Origin: Desulfovibrio sp.
GTDB lineage: Bacteria > Desulfobacterota > Desulfovibrionia > Desulfovibrionales > Desulfovibrionaceae
Assembly (NCBI GenBank): GCA_031550695.1
Contig: JAVBOI010000017.1
Location: 3,637-67,636, forward strand
Direction of reading: 5' to 3'
DNA: 64,000 nucleotides
In this document: positions 9,504 to 21,142 of the stretch, one piece after another
How the letters are laid out: each line of letters begins with the position of its first letter
Numbering within the stretch: position 1 is the stretch's first letter
Notes under the pieces: generated by a model
What the model saw: the letters and a program-made list of their open reading frames with translations, nothing else
The model's database searches: none
What the model was told of the DNA's origin: nothing
Position numbers and translations under genes: made by a program

Positions 9504-9520
9504 AGCAACAGGCGTGCCAA
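9504..9520 (-). promoter_or_regulatory. sigma54 promoter of fliJ operon
   Basis: Minus strand TTGGCACG-CCTG-TTGCT, a perfect consensus match about 40 nt upstream of fliJ. AT-rich region further upstream. Confidence 0.85.
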
Positions 9521-9746
9521 GCAAGGGCCGCATTTTGTTCTCTTCCCTTGAACTATGCAATATACAAGGAAAAAGGGCAACGATTTTCCAATAGCAGATA
9601 GTCTTTGAATTTTCTCGATTTATTATAGGAAAAGTCTTCACTCGCTATTTTATTTTATTGCGCGTCGGATATGCGTTCCGCCGGAGGGAAAACGGGGAGT
9701 CACCCTGTCGTGTGGGGGTCGGAAGGGCGTCTGCCGTCTTTCCGAC

Positions 9747-10430
9747 CTATTTTCCGTTTTCCTGTCCGGCCTCGAGCAGAACCACGGATTCCGGCACGAT
9801 GCGGATCAGCCCGCGGCTGCCGTTTTCGGGCAGCAGGACGTCTTTTTCCAGGGAAAACAGGGCGTTTGCCTCGGAGCTGGCGTCGTGCAGGCGCAGCACG
9901 TCGCCGGTAAGGCCGCGAACCGTGGTCCAGTGCGAAACAACAGGCGGGCACTCGTGAAAAAGAAAGCGGTGAAAACGCAGCAACGCGGCGCGCTTGGGCC
10001 GGTTTCCGGAACGGTCGTCAAACCACTCCTCCAGGGTTCGCCAGACGGATGCGGCCTCTTTTCCGGCCTTGTCGGGAGAGGCCGGCCCTTGCGCGCTTTC
10101 GGCCTCGGGCAGAAAAAGCGTAACCCCGGCCAGATCCATCCCCCCTTTTCCGGGCAGCAGGCAATCGGAAAAGGGCTGGCGGACGTTCAGCTTCCAGGGC
10201 GCGGAGCCGCACCAGCGTTCCAGCATATAGCGCACCAGCCAGTAGTGATCCGTTTCGTTGCGCAAAAAACTTTTCCACAGATCCGGCACTTCGGCCAGCG
10301 AGATTTCCGTTTCCTGGAACATGCGCCGCGCCCCGGCCAGATCCAGGCCCCGGGTGTGGGCTAGGGCGTTGATTACCGCGTAGATGGCGCAGGCAAAGTC
10401 CAGCGTTCCCTGAAGGTATCGTCGTGGCAC
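9747..10430 (-). CDS. Hypothetical protein, possible papain-fold cysteine protease
   Basis: 227 aa, GTG start with GAGGAG RBS. Q..C (QGTLDFAC), HW and HD motifs. Confidence 0.7.
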   Translation of the reverse strand: MPRRYLQGTLDFACAIYAVINALAHTRGLDLAGARRMFQETEISLAEVPDLWKSFLRNETDHYWLVRYMLERWCGSAPWKLNVRQPFSDCLLPGKGGMDLAGVTLFLPEAESAQGPASPDKAGKEAASVWRTLEEWFDDRSGNRPKRAALLRFHRFLFHECPPVVSHWTTVRGLTGDVLRLHDASSEANALFSLEKDVLLPENGSRGLIRIVPESVVLLEAGQENGK

Positions 10431-10512
10431 TCGTTTCTCCTCATCGGCGTGAACCTGCCCCTTGCCGCGCGGAGCGGCGGGCGGGAGCGCGATTCACAGG
10501 AACCGCAAGGCG

Positions 10513-10540
10513 ACTATAAAGCCGGAGGGGGGAGAGTCAA
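10513..10540 (-). promoter_or_regulatory. Putative sigma70 promoter
   Basis: Minus strand TTGACT-N16-TATAGT upstream of the 10430 start. Confidence 0.45.
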
Positions 10541-10543
10541 ATC

Positions 10544-10583
10544 AAAAAAAAGCGCGACGGCGGCAGGGCCGGGTCGCGCTTTT
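10544..10583 (-). terminator. Intrinsic terminator
   Basis: AAAGCGCGAC...GTCGCGCTTT stem with a T8 run on the minus strand. Confidence 0.6.
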
Positions 10584-10644
10584 CACCCGCCCGCCGCTGA
10601 GGGCGCGTACCCTTGCGGCGGACGGCGGAAAAAAGAAGGGGGGA

Positions 10645-11373
10645 TTATCGTCTGGCCAGGCTGCCCCGGACGAGCTGTTTGTTCTCAAGGGAGCGGGCCA
10701 GCCCGGGGTCTTCCTTGGCCAGCACGAGGCGGGCGCGTTCGAGATCCGCATGGCTGACGGACCAGGAAATGGTGCCGGCCGGGTAGTAGCCGGGAAGAAC
10801 CTGCTTGCCCTTGATGGAAAATTCCACGGTCATGTTGCCCAAAAAGACCACCTGACCCGGGGTAAGGGTAAAGGAGGCGATGAGCGGGGTTTTGCCGTCC
10901 TTTTCCAGACCGGTGCTGCGCAGGGCGGAGATGGTTGTCTGGGACGAAGCATCCTTGTCCGAAGTGGAGATGTTGATCTGGCCGAGCCTGGTCACGTCGG
11001 ACTTGGTGGGGTCGATGTCAAAGGGGCCGCCTGGCCAGACGCCCTTGCTTCCGGTGGAATACATGACATAGGCGAGCACGTATTTGCCGGCCGGCAGGGT
11101 GACCAGATCGAATTCGCGCGCTTCTTCCTGGCGGTTGGCGGCGAACTGCGAGGTCACCTTGTACAACTCGCCGGTTTCCACATGGAGCCAGCGGGTTTCC
11201 GCCGGGCTGCCCCAGGGGGTGGAAGCGCGCATGACCACCAGGGCCTTTTGGCCGTTGTTCACGGCCGCGACATCCACATCGTTCATGGAATTGAAAGAAG
11301 GCACGTGCACTTTGCCGCAAGCGGCCAGAAGCAGCGCCGCGCAGAGAAAAAGGGGGAAAAACAGGCGTTTCAT
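10645..11373 (-). CDS. Lipoprotein of unknown function
   Basis: MKRLFFPLFLCAALLLAAC lipobox, GGAGG RBS. Confidence 0.8.
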   Translation of the reverse strand: MKRLFFPLFLCAALLLAACGKVHVPSFNSMNDVDVAAVNNGQKALVVMRASTPWGSPAETRWLHVETGELYKVTSQFAANRQEEAREFDLVTLPAGKYVLAYVMYSTGSKGVWPGGPFDIDPTKSDVTRLGQINISTSDKDASSQTTISALRSTGLEKDGKTPLIASFTLTPGQVVFLGNMTVEFSIKGKQVLPGYYPAGTISWSVSHADLERARLVLAKEDPGLARSLENKQLVRGSLARR

Positions 11374-11714
11374 AGAGCCTCCGCTTCGGGTTGAAGCCGG
11401 CGGCGCCCTTTGCGCCAGAACGCCGGACGCGCGGCCGTTGCTTAGGTTGATGGCATGTATAGTATTATGTACGCGATTGACGAACTATTGCAAGGCCGCG
11501 TTGATTTTTCTCTCATCGCTGCCCGCATTTTCGCCGGGCGCGTCCTGCCCTGATTTCAGTTTTTGCTTCTGGACAAAAGCGGCCGTGCAGGGTATAGAAC
11601 AATAAAACTATATACGGATTTATTGATATGGTCGCCGCATTCCCCCGGCGCCGGCCGTTTCCCGAACGTGTACCCGCAAATTCGCGGACAGCGCGCGTAG
11701 CGCAGGAGCTTTCG

Positions 11715-12887
11715 ATGATCCCAGCCAAAGGCAAATACTACTTCACTTCCGAATCCGTGACCGAAGGGCATCCCGACAAGGTGGCCGACCAGATTTCCGA
11801 TGCCGTGCTCGACGCCCTGCTCGCCCAGGATCCCAACTCCCGCGTCGCCTGCGAAACCCTGGTCACCACCGGCATGGCCTTTATCGCCGGCGAAATAACC
11901 ACCAAAGCCTATGCGGATCTTCCCCTGATCGTGCGCACGACCATCAAGAACATCGGCTACAACAGCTCGGACATGGGCTTTGACTGGCAGACCTGCGCCG
12001 TGATGTCTTCCATCGACAAGCAATCACCGGACATCGCCCAGGGCGTGGACCGCGAAAAGAACGAAGACCAAGGCGCGGGAGACCAGGGCATGATGTTCGG
12101 TTTTGCCTGCACGGAAACTCCTACCCTGATGCCCGCGCCCATTTACTGGGCCCACCAGCTTTCCCAGAAATTGACCGAAGTGCGCAAAAGCGGTGCGCTC
12201 ACCTACCTGCGGCCGGACGGCAAGACCCAGGTTTCCTTCGAATATGTGGATGGCGTGCCCGTGCGCATCAATAACGTGGTGGTGTCCACCCAGCATGCCC
12301 CGGACGTGTCCCAGGAGCAGCTTGTGGCCGAGGTTACCGAGAAGGTGATCGTGCCCACCCTGCCCCCGGCCCTGTTCGACCCGGCGAATTGCGAAGTGTT
12401 CATCAACACCACCGGCCGGTTCGTCATTGGCGGCCCCATGGGCGACTGCGGCCTTACCGGGCGCAAAATCATTCAAGATACTTACGGCGGCATGGGCCAC
12501 CACGGCGGCGGCGCTTTTTCCGGTAAAGACTCTTCCAAGGTCGACCGCTCGGCCGCCTACATGGCCCGTTATATTGCCAAGAACGTCGTGGCCTCCGGCC
12601 TGGCCCCCAAGTGCGAAGTGCAGATTGCCTACTGCATCGGCGTGGCCAAACCGGTTTCCGTGCTTTGCTCCTCCCTCGGGACCGGGCATGTGCCGGATAC
12701 CGTGCTTACCAAGGCGGTTAACGAAGTCTTTGATTTGCGGCCCTTCCATATCTGCAAGCGCCTTGACCTTTCGCGGCCCATATTCGGCAAAAGCTCCTGC
12801 TACGGCCACTTTGGCCGCGAACTGCCGGAGTTTACCTGGGAGAAAACGGACGCCACGGCCGACTTGAAGACCGCCGCCAAAGCGTAG
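11715..12887 (+). CDS. metK: S-adenosylmethionine synthetase
   Basis: [19 protein letters not shown] and GGGAFSGKD motifs. AGGAG RBS before ATG 11715. Confidence 0.98.
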   Translation: MIPAKGKYYFTSESVTEGHPDKVADQISDAVLDALLAQDPNSRVACETLVTTGMAFIAGEITTKAYADLPLIVRTTIKNIGYNSSDMGFDWQTCAVMSSIDKQSPDIAQGVDREKNEDQGAGDQGMMFGFACTETPTLMPAPIYWAHQLSQKLTEVRKSGALTYLRPDGKTQVSFEYVDGVPVRINNVVVSTQHAPDVSQEQLVAEVTEKVIVPTLPPALFDPANCEVFINTTGRFVIGGPMGDCGLTGRKIIQDTYGGMGHHGGGAFSGKDSSKVDRSAAYMARYIAKNVVASGLAPKCEVQIAYCIGVAKPVSVLCSSLGTGHVPDTVLTKAVNEVFDLRPFHICKRLDLSRPIFGKSSCYGHFGRELPEFTWEKTDATADLKTAAKA

Positions 12888-12919
12888 CCGCTCTTTCAGG
12901 CACTGTTTCATCTTTGACG

Positions 12920-12957
12920 CCAAGGGCCCGCTTTGCCAGGAGCGGGCCCTTGGCTTT
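12920..12957 (+). terminator. Terminator after metK
   Basis: 13-bp stem CCAAGGGCCCGCT/AGCGGGCCCTTGG then CTTT. Confidence 0.65.
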
Positions 12958-13030
12958 AGAGCATTTCAACTTTTAAATTGTGTATAAACATTTTAGAGCA
13001 ATTCACTCATTTCATTCGTGAAATGCTCTA
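12957..13030. repeat. Short MITE-like element
   Basis: Terminal inverted repeats TAGAGCATTTCA / TGAAATGCTCTA, AT-rich, with an internal second TAGAGCA at 12994. Confidence 0.65.
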
Positions 13031-13080
13031 AAATAGACGGGCTGGGCTCCGCATCAAGGCGAAGCTCAGCCCGTTTTTAT
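13030..13080. terminator. Likely bidirectional terminator after potD
   Basis: ACGGGCTGGGCT/AGCTCAGCCCGT stem flanked by A- and T-runs. Confidence 0.55.
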
Positions 13081-13099
13081 TCAGGCCGTTTTGCCGACG

Positions 13100-14209
13100 T
13101 TATTGCAGGGCTTTCACCTGCTCCCAATACTTTTCATACTCGCCAAGGGCGTCGCCGATCACGTTGGTGAATTCGGAGTTCTTCAGTTCCGCCGGCCCCG
13201 GCACCAGAATGGGATTGCTCCGCAGTTCCTCGGGCAGCAGCTTGATCGCGTCCAGGTTGGGCGAGGAATACTTGTATTCCTCTATGCAGCGCACGGCCAC
13301 CTCCGGCCGGAGCATGTAGTTGATGAACGCATAGGCGTTGTCCACGTTGGCCGCGCCCACGGGTATGACGAAGCCGTCCACCCAGAGCATGGCCCCTTCC
13401 GCGGGGAACACGTATTTCAGGGCCGGGTTTTCCTCTTTGGCCACCAGGTAGTCGCCGTTCCAGATCGGCCCCAGCCACACTTCCTCGCTGATCAGGGCCT
13501 GCTTGATGGCCGTGACGTCGAAAATCCGTATTGAGGGCTTGAGTTTGGCCAGAAACTCATACGCGTCCTTGAGTTCTTTGGGCTCTTTGGTGTTGATGGA
13601 GTGCCCGCCGGCGCGCAGGGCCAGGCCCATGGCGTCGCGCAGGTCGTCGGTGAGGATGATCTTGCCCTTGAACTCGGGCTTGAGCAAATCGCCCCATTTG
13701 GTAACGGCGCCGTCCGGAATATACCTGCTGTTGTAAGCAAGGCCCACCACGCCCCACATGTAGGGAATGCTGTACTTGTTGCCGGGATCGTACTCCTGGT
13801 TCATCAGCTTGGGATCAAGGCGGGACAGGTTGGGAATCTTGCTGTGGTCCAGTTCCTTGAGCAGCTTGTCCCGGCGCAAAAGATCCACGAAATAGCTTGA
13901 CGGCACCACCACGTCATAGGAACGGCCGCGCAACAGCTTGACCTTGGCGTACATGGCCTCGTTGGATTCAAAGGTGGAATACACCACCTTGATGCCGGTC
14001 TCTTTGGTAAAATCGTCCAGAACGCTCTGCGGGATGTATTCCGACCAGTTGTAGACAACCACCTGGCCCTTGCCCGGGGCTTTGGCTTTTTTATCCGCGG
14101 CCAGGGCTGCCGGCGTCAGACCGGCCAGGGCGCAAAACAGGGCCAGGGCGAAAAGACAGAGAACCGCCCTTGCGGCGGGAGACTGCGAAGGCGTGAGACG
14201 CTGGTGCAT
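13100..14209 (-). CDS. potD: Spermidine/putrescine ABC transporter substrate-binding protein
   Basis: YNWSEYI, FESNEAMYAK and YSIPYMWG motifs; signal peptide. Confidence 0.92.
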   Translation of the reverse strand: MHQRLTPSQSPAARAVLCLFALALFCALAGLTPAALAADKKAKAPGKGQVVVYNWSEYIPQSVLDDFTKETGIKVVYSTFESNEAMYAKVKLLRGRSYDVVVPSSYFVDLLRRDKLLKELDHSKIPNLSRLDPKLMNQEYDPGNKYSIPYMWGVVGLAYNSRYIPDGAVTKWGDLLKPEFKGKIILTDDLRDAMGLALRAGGHSINTKEPKELKDAYEFLAKLKPSIRIFDVTAIKQALISEEVWLGPIWNGDYLVAKEENPALKYVFPAEGAMLWVDGFVIPVGAANVDNAYAFINYMLRPEVAVRCIEEYKYSSPNLDAIKLLPEELRSNPILVPGPAELKNSEFTNVIGDALGEYEKYWEQVKALQ

Positions 14210-14994
14210 TATTTTCTCCTTATCTGGGTTAAGGCCTGGGCCGTTACGACAAGAACAAGAGTGATCACGAACATGATGGCCGACAGGGCGTTGATGTCCG
14301 GTTTAACGCCGAGCTTGACCATGGAATAAATTTTCACCGGCAGCACTTCAAAGGTCGGCCCGGTGGTAAAGGTGCTGATGAGCACGTCGTCCATGGACAG
14401 GGTGAAGCTGAGCAGCCAGCCCGCGGCCACGGCCGGGGCGGTAAGGGGCAGAAGCACGTGCCGGAAGGCCCTGGCTTCCGAAGCCCCGAGATCCCGGGCC
14501 GCCTCGATGAGGTGCTCGTCAAACTCAGACAGTCGCGCCAGCACGGTCACGGCCACAAAGGGGGCGCACAAGGTGGTGTGGGCCAGCAACAGGGTGAGAA
14601 AGCCCAACTCCATTTTCAGGGCGATGAACAGGATCAGCAACGATATGCCCATGACCAGGTCCGGCGAAACCGTAAGCATGAACACAGCCACGTACAGCGA
14701 CTTCCGGCCGAAAAAGCGGTAGCGCTTTATCGACAGGGCGGTGATCGTGCCCAGCAGGGTGGCCAGGCTGGCGGCGCACACGGCCACCATCAGGGAATTC
14801 AGGGCCGCGTCCAGAATGGCGGAATTGCGGAACAGCGCCTCATACCAGCGAACGGAAAACCCGCCCCAGTTGGTGGTGTATTTATTGTAATTGAACGAAT
14901 ACAGAAAGACCACAAACAAGGGCACGTAAAAAAACGCGTAGACCAGGGTAACGTACCCGGCTTTGAAAAAACGCGAACCGGCGGCGCGCATCAC
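14209..14994 (-). CDS. potC: Spermidine/putrescine ABC transporter permease
   Basis: EAA motif (LIEAARDLGAS), LSFTLSMDD, GVKPDINAL. Confidence 0.92.
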   Translation of the reverse strand: MMRAAGSRFFKAGYVTLVYAFFYVPLFVVFLYSFNYNKYTTNWGGFSVRWYEALFRNSAILDAALNSLMVAVCAASLATLLGTITALSIKRYRFFGRKSLYVAVFMLTVSPDLVMGISLLILFIALKMELGFLTLLLAHTTLCAPFVAVTVLARLSEFDEHLIEAARDLGASEARAFRHVLLPLTAPAVAAGWLLSFTLSMDDVLISTFTTGPTFEVLPVKIYSMVKLGVKPDINALSAIMFVITLVLVVTAQALTQIRRK

Positions 14995-15914
14995 TCGCCT
15001 CCCGCCGCCGGGACCGCGGCCCGCGGAGACGGCGCCCCGGCCGGCCCCTTACGTTCGCGCCCGGCCACGCGCAGGCTGCTCAGGCGGTACAGCCCGGCCA
15101 TGATGATGAGCATGATGGTGAGCACAAAGCTGGCCGCGGCCCCCAGCGGCCAGTTGTTGGCCACCAGGAACTGGTTTTTGATGAAAGTGCCGAGCAGCAT
15201 GTTTTTCGCCCCGCCGAGAATTTCCGGCACGTAAAAACAGCCCAGAGAAGGCAGAAACACCAGGATGCAGCCGGCCACGATGCCCGGCAGGGTAAGGGGC
15301 AGGGTGATGTGCCAAAAGGTGCGCAAAGAGCCGGCCCCCAGATCCTTGGCCGCGTCCGCCAGGCTGGGATCGAGCTTTTCGATGGAGGCGTAAAGCGGCA
15401 GCACCATAAAGGGCAGCAGGGTATAGGTCAGGCCCACGAACACGGCGAAATCCGTATACATCAGCTCCAGAGGCGCGGAGAGCAGGCCAAGGGCCATAAG
15501 GGCCTTGTTCGCCATGCCCTGGACGCCGAGGATCAGGATCAGGGCGTAGGTGCGGATAAGCGAGTTGGTCCAGAAGGGAATGATGACCAGCAGCAGCAGC
15601 CAGGGGCGCCACTTGGCCGCGCTTTTGGCGATGCGATAGGCAAAGGGATAGCCCACGGCCAGGCAGACCAGGGTGCTTAAAGCGGCCAGGCTCACCGAAT
15701 CCCAGAACACGGTAAGGAACACCGGTCCGAGCAGTTCGCTGTAATTGTCCAGGGTAAGGACCGGAATGAAAAATTCGCCGTCCCCCCTGTCCAGCAGGGA
15801 AACCAGCATCAGGGCAAAGGCGGGCACAAGGGCAAAGGCCGCCAGCCACAGCCAGGTCAGGCCGATGCAGACGCCCCGGAACACGGAGCCGCCGCCGCCG
15901 GCCGCCGGGCGCAT
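14991..15914 (-). CDS. potB: Spermidine/putrescine ABC transporter permease
   Basis: IIPFWTNSLIRTYA, LPFMVLPLYASIEKLD, NWPLGAA. Confidence 0.92.
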   Translation of the reverse strand: MRPAAGGGGSVFRGVCIGLTWLWLAAFALVPAFALMLVSLLDRGDGEFFIPVLTLDNYSELLGPVFLTVFWDSVSLAALSTLVCLAVGYPFAYRIAKSAAKWRPWLLLLVIIPFWTNSLIRTYALILILGVQGMANKALMALGLLSAPLELMYTDFAVFVGLTYTLLPFMVLPLYASIEKLDPSLADAAKDLGAGSLRTFWHITLPLTLPGIVAGCILVFLPSLGCFYVPEILGGAKNMLLGTFIKNQFLVANNWPLGAAASFVLTIMLIIMAGLYRLSSLRVAGRERKGPAGAPSPRAAVPAAGGE

Positions 15915-17017
15915 TATTCGCCCTCCGCGTCAAGCACCACTTCCCAGCCCGCCACCCAGGTCACGGCCACGCGATCGCCGGGATGGTAGCTGATTTCCGC
16001 GTCGTCCTCGTTAAAAAACTCCGCCGCCTGCAGGCGTTTGCCGTTGTCCAGGGTAAGCAGGATGTCCACCGTGGCCCCTTTGTACACGGTTTCGTCGATC
16101 CGCCCCAGAAAGAAGGGCGGCTCCAAGGCTTTTTCCTGTTCCAGGTAGACTTTGAGATCCTCGGGGCGCAAAAGCACCTTGACCTCTTCGTCCAACTCGT
16201 ATTCGCGCCGGGTGTGCAGGGGATACTCCACGCCTTCCACGTCCGCGGTGTAGACGCCGTCGCCGCCAAGGCCGGTGATGACGCCCTCCAGCACGTTGAT
16301 CTCGCCCACGAAACGGGCCACGAACAGGTTTTCCGGCTCTTCGTATATCTGTTGCGAAGTGCCTATCTGGCGGACCTCCCCCTCGTTCATCACCACCACG
16401 CGGTCGGACATGGCAAAGGCTTCTTCCTGATCGTGGGTGACAAAGACGAAGGTGATGCCGAGCTGGCGTTGCAAATGCTTGATCTCAAGCTGCATCTGCT
16501 TGCGCAGCTTGAAGTCCAGGGCACTGAAGGGTTCGTCCAGCAGCAGCACCAGGGGATTGTTGATGATCGCCCTGGCAATGGCCACCCGCTGCTGCTGCCC
16601 GCCGGAAAGCTGGCGCGGCATCCGGTCGGCCAGGGCGTCCAGGTGGACGCGGCGCAGAACCTCGGCCACCCGCTGGCTGATTTCCGTTTTCGGCCGGCGC
16701 TGCATTTTCAGGCCAAAGGCCACGTTGTCCCACACGCTCATGTGCGGGAACAGGGCATAGCTCTGAAACACCGTGTTCACCTGCCGGCGTTCGGGCGGCG
16801 TGTCGCTGATGTCTTCGCCGTTCAGCAGCAGTTCGCCTTTGCTCGGACGTTCGAAACCGGAGATAAGGCGCAGAATGGTGGTCTTGCCGCAGCCGGAAGG
16901 GCCGAGCAAGGTAAGAAACTCGCCGTTGGCTATTTCCAGATTGATGTCGTGAAGGGCGCAGGTGTTGCCGAAATACTTGGCCACGCCCCGCAACTCGATA
17001 ATGGGAGGAGTTTCCAA
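15914..17017 (-). CDS. potA: Spermidine/putrescine ABC transporter ATPase
   Basis: GPSGCGKT, LSGGQQQ, LLLDEP. Likely TTG start at 17017 with GAAGGAG RBS. Confidence 0.92.
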   Translation of the reverse strand: METPPIIELRGVAKYFGNTCALHDINLEIANGEFLTLLGPSGCGKTTILRLISGFERPSKGELLLNGEDISDTPPERRQVNTVFQSYALFPHMSVWDNVAFGLKMQRRPKTEISQRVAEVLRRVHLDALADRMPRQLSGGQQQRVAIARAIINNPLVLLLDEPFSALDFKLRKQMQLEIKHLQRQLGITFVFVTHDQEEAFAMSDRVVVMNEGEVRQIGTSQQIYEEPENLFVARFVGEINVLEGVITGLGGDGVYTADVEGVEYPLHTRREYELDEEVKVLLRPEDLKVYLEQEKALEPPFFLGRIDETVYKGATVDILLTLDNGKRLQAAEFFNEDDAEISYHPGDRVAVTWVAGWEVVLDAEGE

Positions 17018-17354
17018 AGCCGCTCCTTCAAACAGGCGCGTGGGAGACACGCGGGGAAAGAAAACGCCGCCTTCAAGCCGGAGACGCTTCGCTCTCCGGC
17101 TCTTCCCGCGACATGGAATTACATTCGCATGGGGAATCGCCATGATACGCGCGAATTTTTTTTAGGCAACAGGAATATGCCCGCACCGGCCGGCGACCGG
17201 GGCTGTATATTTTTATATCCGCGACTTTGCTATTGTTTTCTCTAAAATTTGCTGTAACAATAAACTGGAGTGGCATGCTCCGTGTTACCGTTCGCAACGG
17301 AAGCTGTCGCCCCGACAATGTCGTCCCACGTTCCGTGGAGAAGGGGTAAACCGT

Positions 17355-18553
17355 ATGCATGTGGGAGTCGGCTACAGTGAACTTCCCGACACAGCGGCGG
17401 CCGGCCGTGAAGCCGCGCTGGAAGCCGCCAAGCGGGCCGGACGCGATACTCCTTGCGATCTGGCGCTGCTCTTCGCCACCGCCTGGCACGATGCCGGCCG
17501 TTTGCGCGAGGCCGTTGCCTCCGTGATCGGCCCTGCCGCGTCCATTGTCGGCGGGGGCGCGGTGGGCATCATCTCCAACAATCGTTTCGGCTATGCCGGG
17601 GACCAGATCGGGCTGGCCCTGCTCTGGCTGGAAGAAGCGCGCTGCGAGTTGCTGGTCGAAGGGGATCTTACCGAAGGCGAGGCAGCGGTGGGCGAGCGCC
17701 TGGGCCGGAAACTGCTCGACCTGGGCACGACCCCGGCCTCGCCTGTGCTGTTGCTTTATGACAGTGTCGATCGCACCGGGGGCGATGTGCGCATGCACAT
17801 GGCCACCTATCTGCTGGAAGGTCTGGAACGCGGCCTGGGCTTTTTGCCCGACCTGTTCGGCGCCGGCATGATGGGCGACTACGCCTGCACCGCCGCCAGC
17901 CAGTGGGCGGGCGCGAAAATAGTCCGCCACGCCGCCCTGGCCCTGGCCTTTTCCGGCGCGGTGCGCGTGGACACGGCCGTCATGCACGGCTGCCGCCCGG
18001 CCTCCGGCTATTATACGGTCACCAGGGCCGACAAGCAGACCATCCTCGAAATCAACGGGCAGCCGGCCCTGCGCTTTATCGGCGGGGTGACGGGCCCCGC
18101 CCTGCCGCCGGAAGGCTATCCCTTTTTTCTGACCTTTGGCGTCAACAAGGGGGACAAGTGGGGCGAGTTCGACGAGGACGCCTACGCGAACCGCCTTTGC
18201 CTGGCCGTGGACAAGGAACGCGAAGGGCTTGTCATGTTCGAGCCGGACATGGTGGCAGGCACGGAATTTCAGATCATGTACCGTAGCGTCGACCTGGATT
18301 ACATCGCGCCGAAGCTGGAATCGCTTTTCGCCCGCCTGGACGGCCGCCGGCCTGTTTTCGCCCTGTACATCAACTGCGCCGGACGCGCCGCCGGTTATGC
18401 CGGCTCCGATCTGGAAGACGCGCTCGAAATCCAGCGGGCCGTGGCCGACCGGGTTCCCCTGCTGGGCATGTACACGGGCGTGGAAATAGCCTCGGTGCGG
18501 GGGCGTCCGCGCGGGCTTGACTGGACAGGTGTGTTCTGCCTGTTTAGTGTGCC

Positions 18554-18557
<4 letters not shown>
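17355..18557 (+). CDS. FIST (NosP-like) domain protein
   Basis: FIST_N/FIST_C features: HGCRP, TILEINGQPA, YINCAGR, GMYTGVEI. Confidence 0.85.
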
Positions 18558-20845
<2,288 letters not shown>

Positions 20846-20848
<3 letters not shown>

Positions 20849-20994
20849 AGCAGATTACTTTTGAAGTTGCCCAAGAATCGTATTGCCTTGCCTCCAACGG
20901 CCAAAGGGGGGGCACAGGCTCTGTGTGACCCCCTTTGGAAACCCCATCCTGTTTGCCGGAGTGAAATGAGTATTTTCAATCTTGAAATGTTCTA
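20846..20994. repeat. MITE-like element
   Basis: Starts TAAAGCAGATTACTTTTGAAGTTGCCCAAG at the kinase stop and ends TTGAAATGTTCTA. Core GCCTCCAACGGCCAAAGGG...CCCTTTGGAAACCCC shared with 28197 and 52858. Confidence 0.7.
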
Positions 20995-21142
20995 AGGGCG
21001 GGGGGGCGGCTCCTGGCTTTGGGCGGCGGCAAAAGCATTGCGTAAAACAAGGTTTCAGGCATAGTATAAACAGGCAGGTATTGCGCAACAAGAAAACCGA
21101 ACGGGCCGTCGCGGCCACGATACCGCCCAGGGAGGACCCGGG

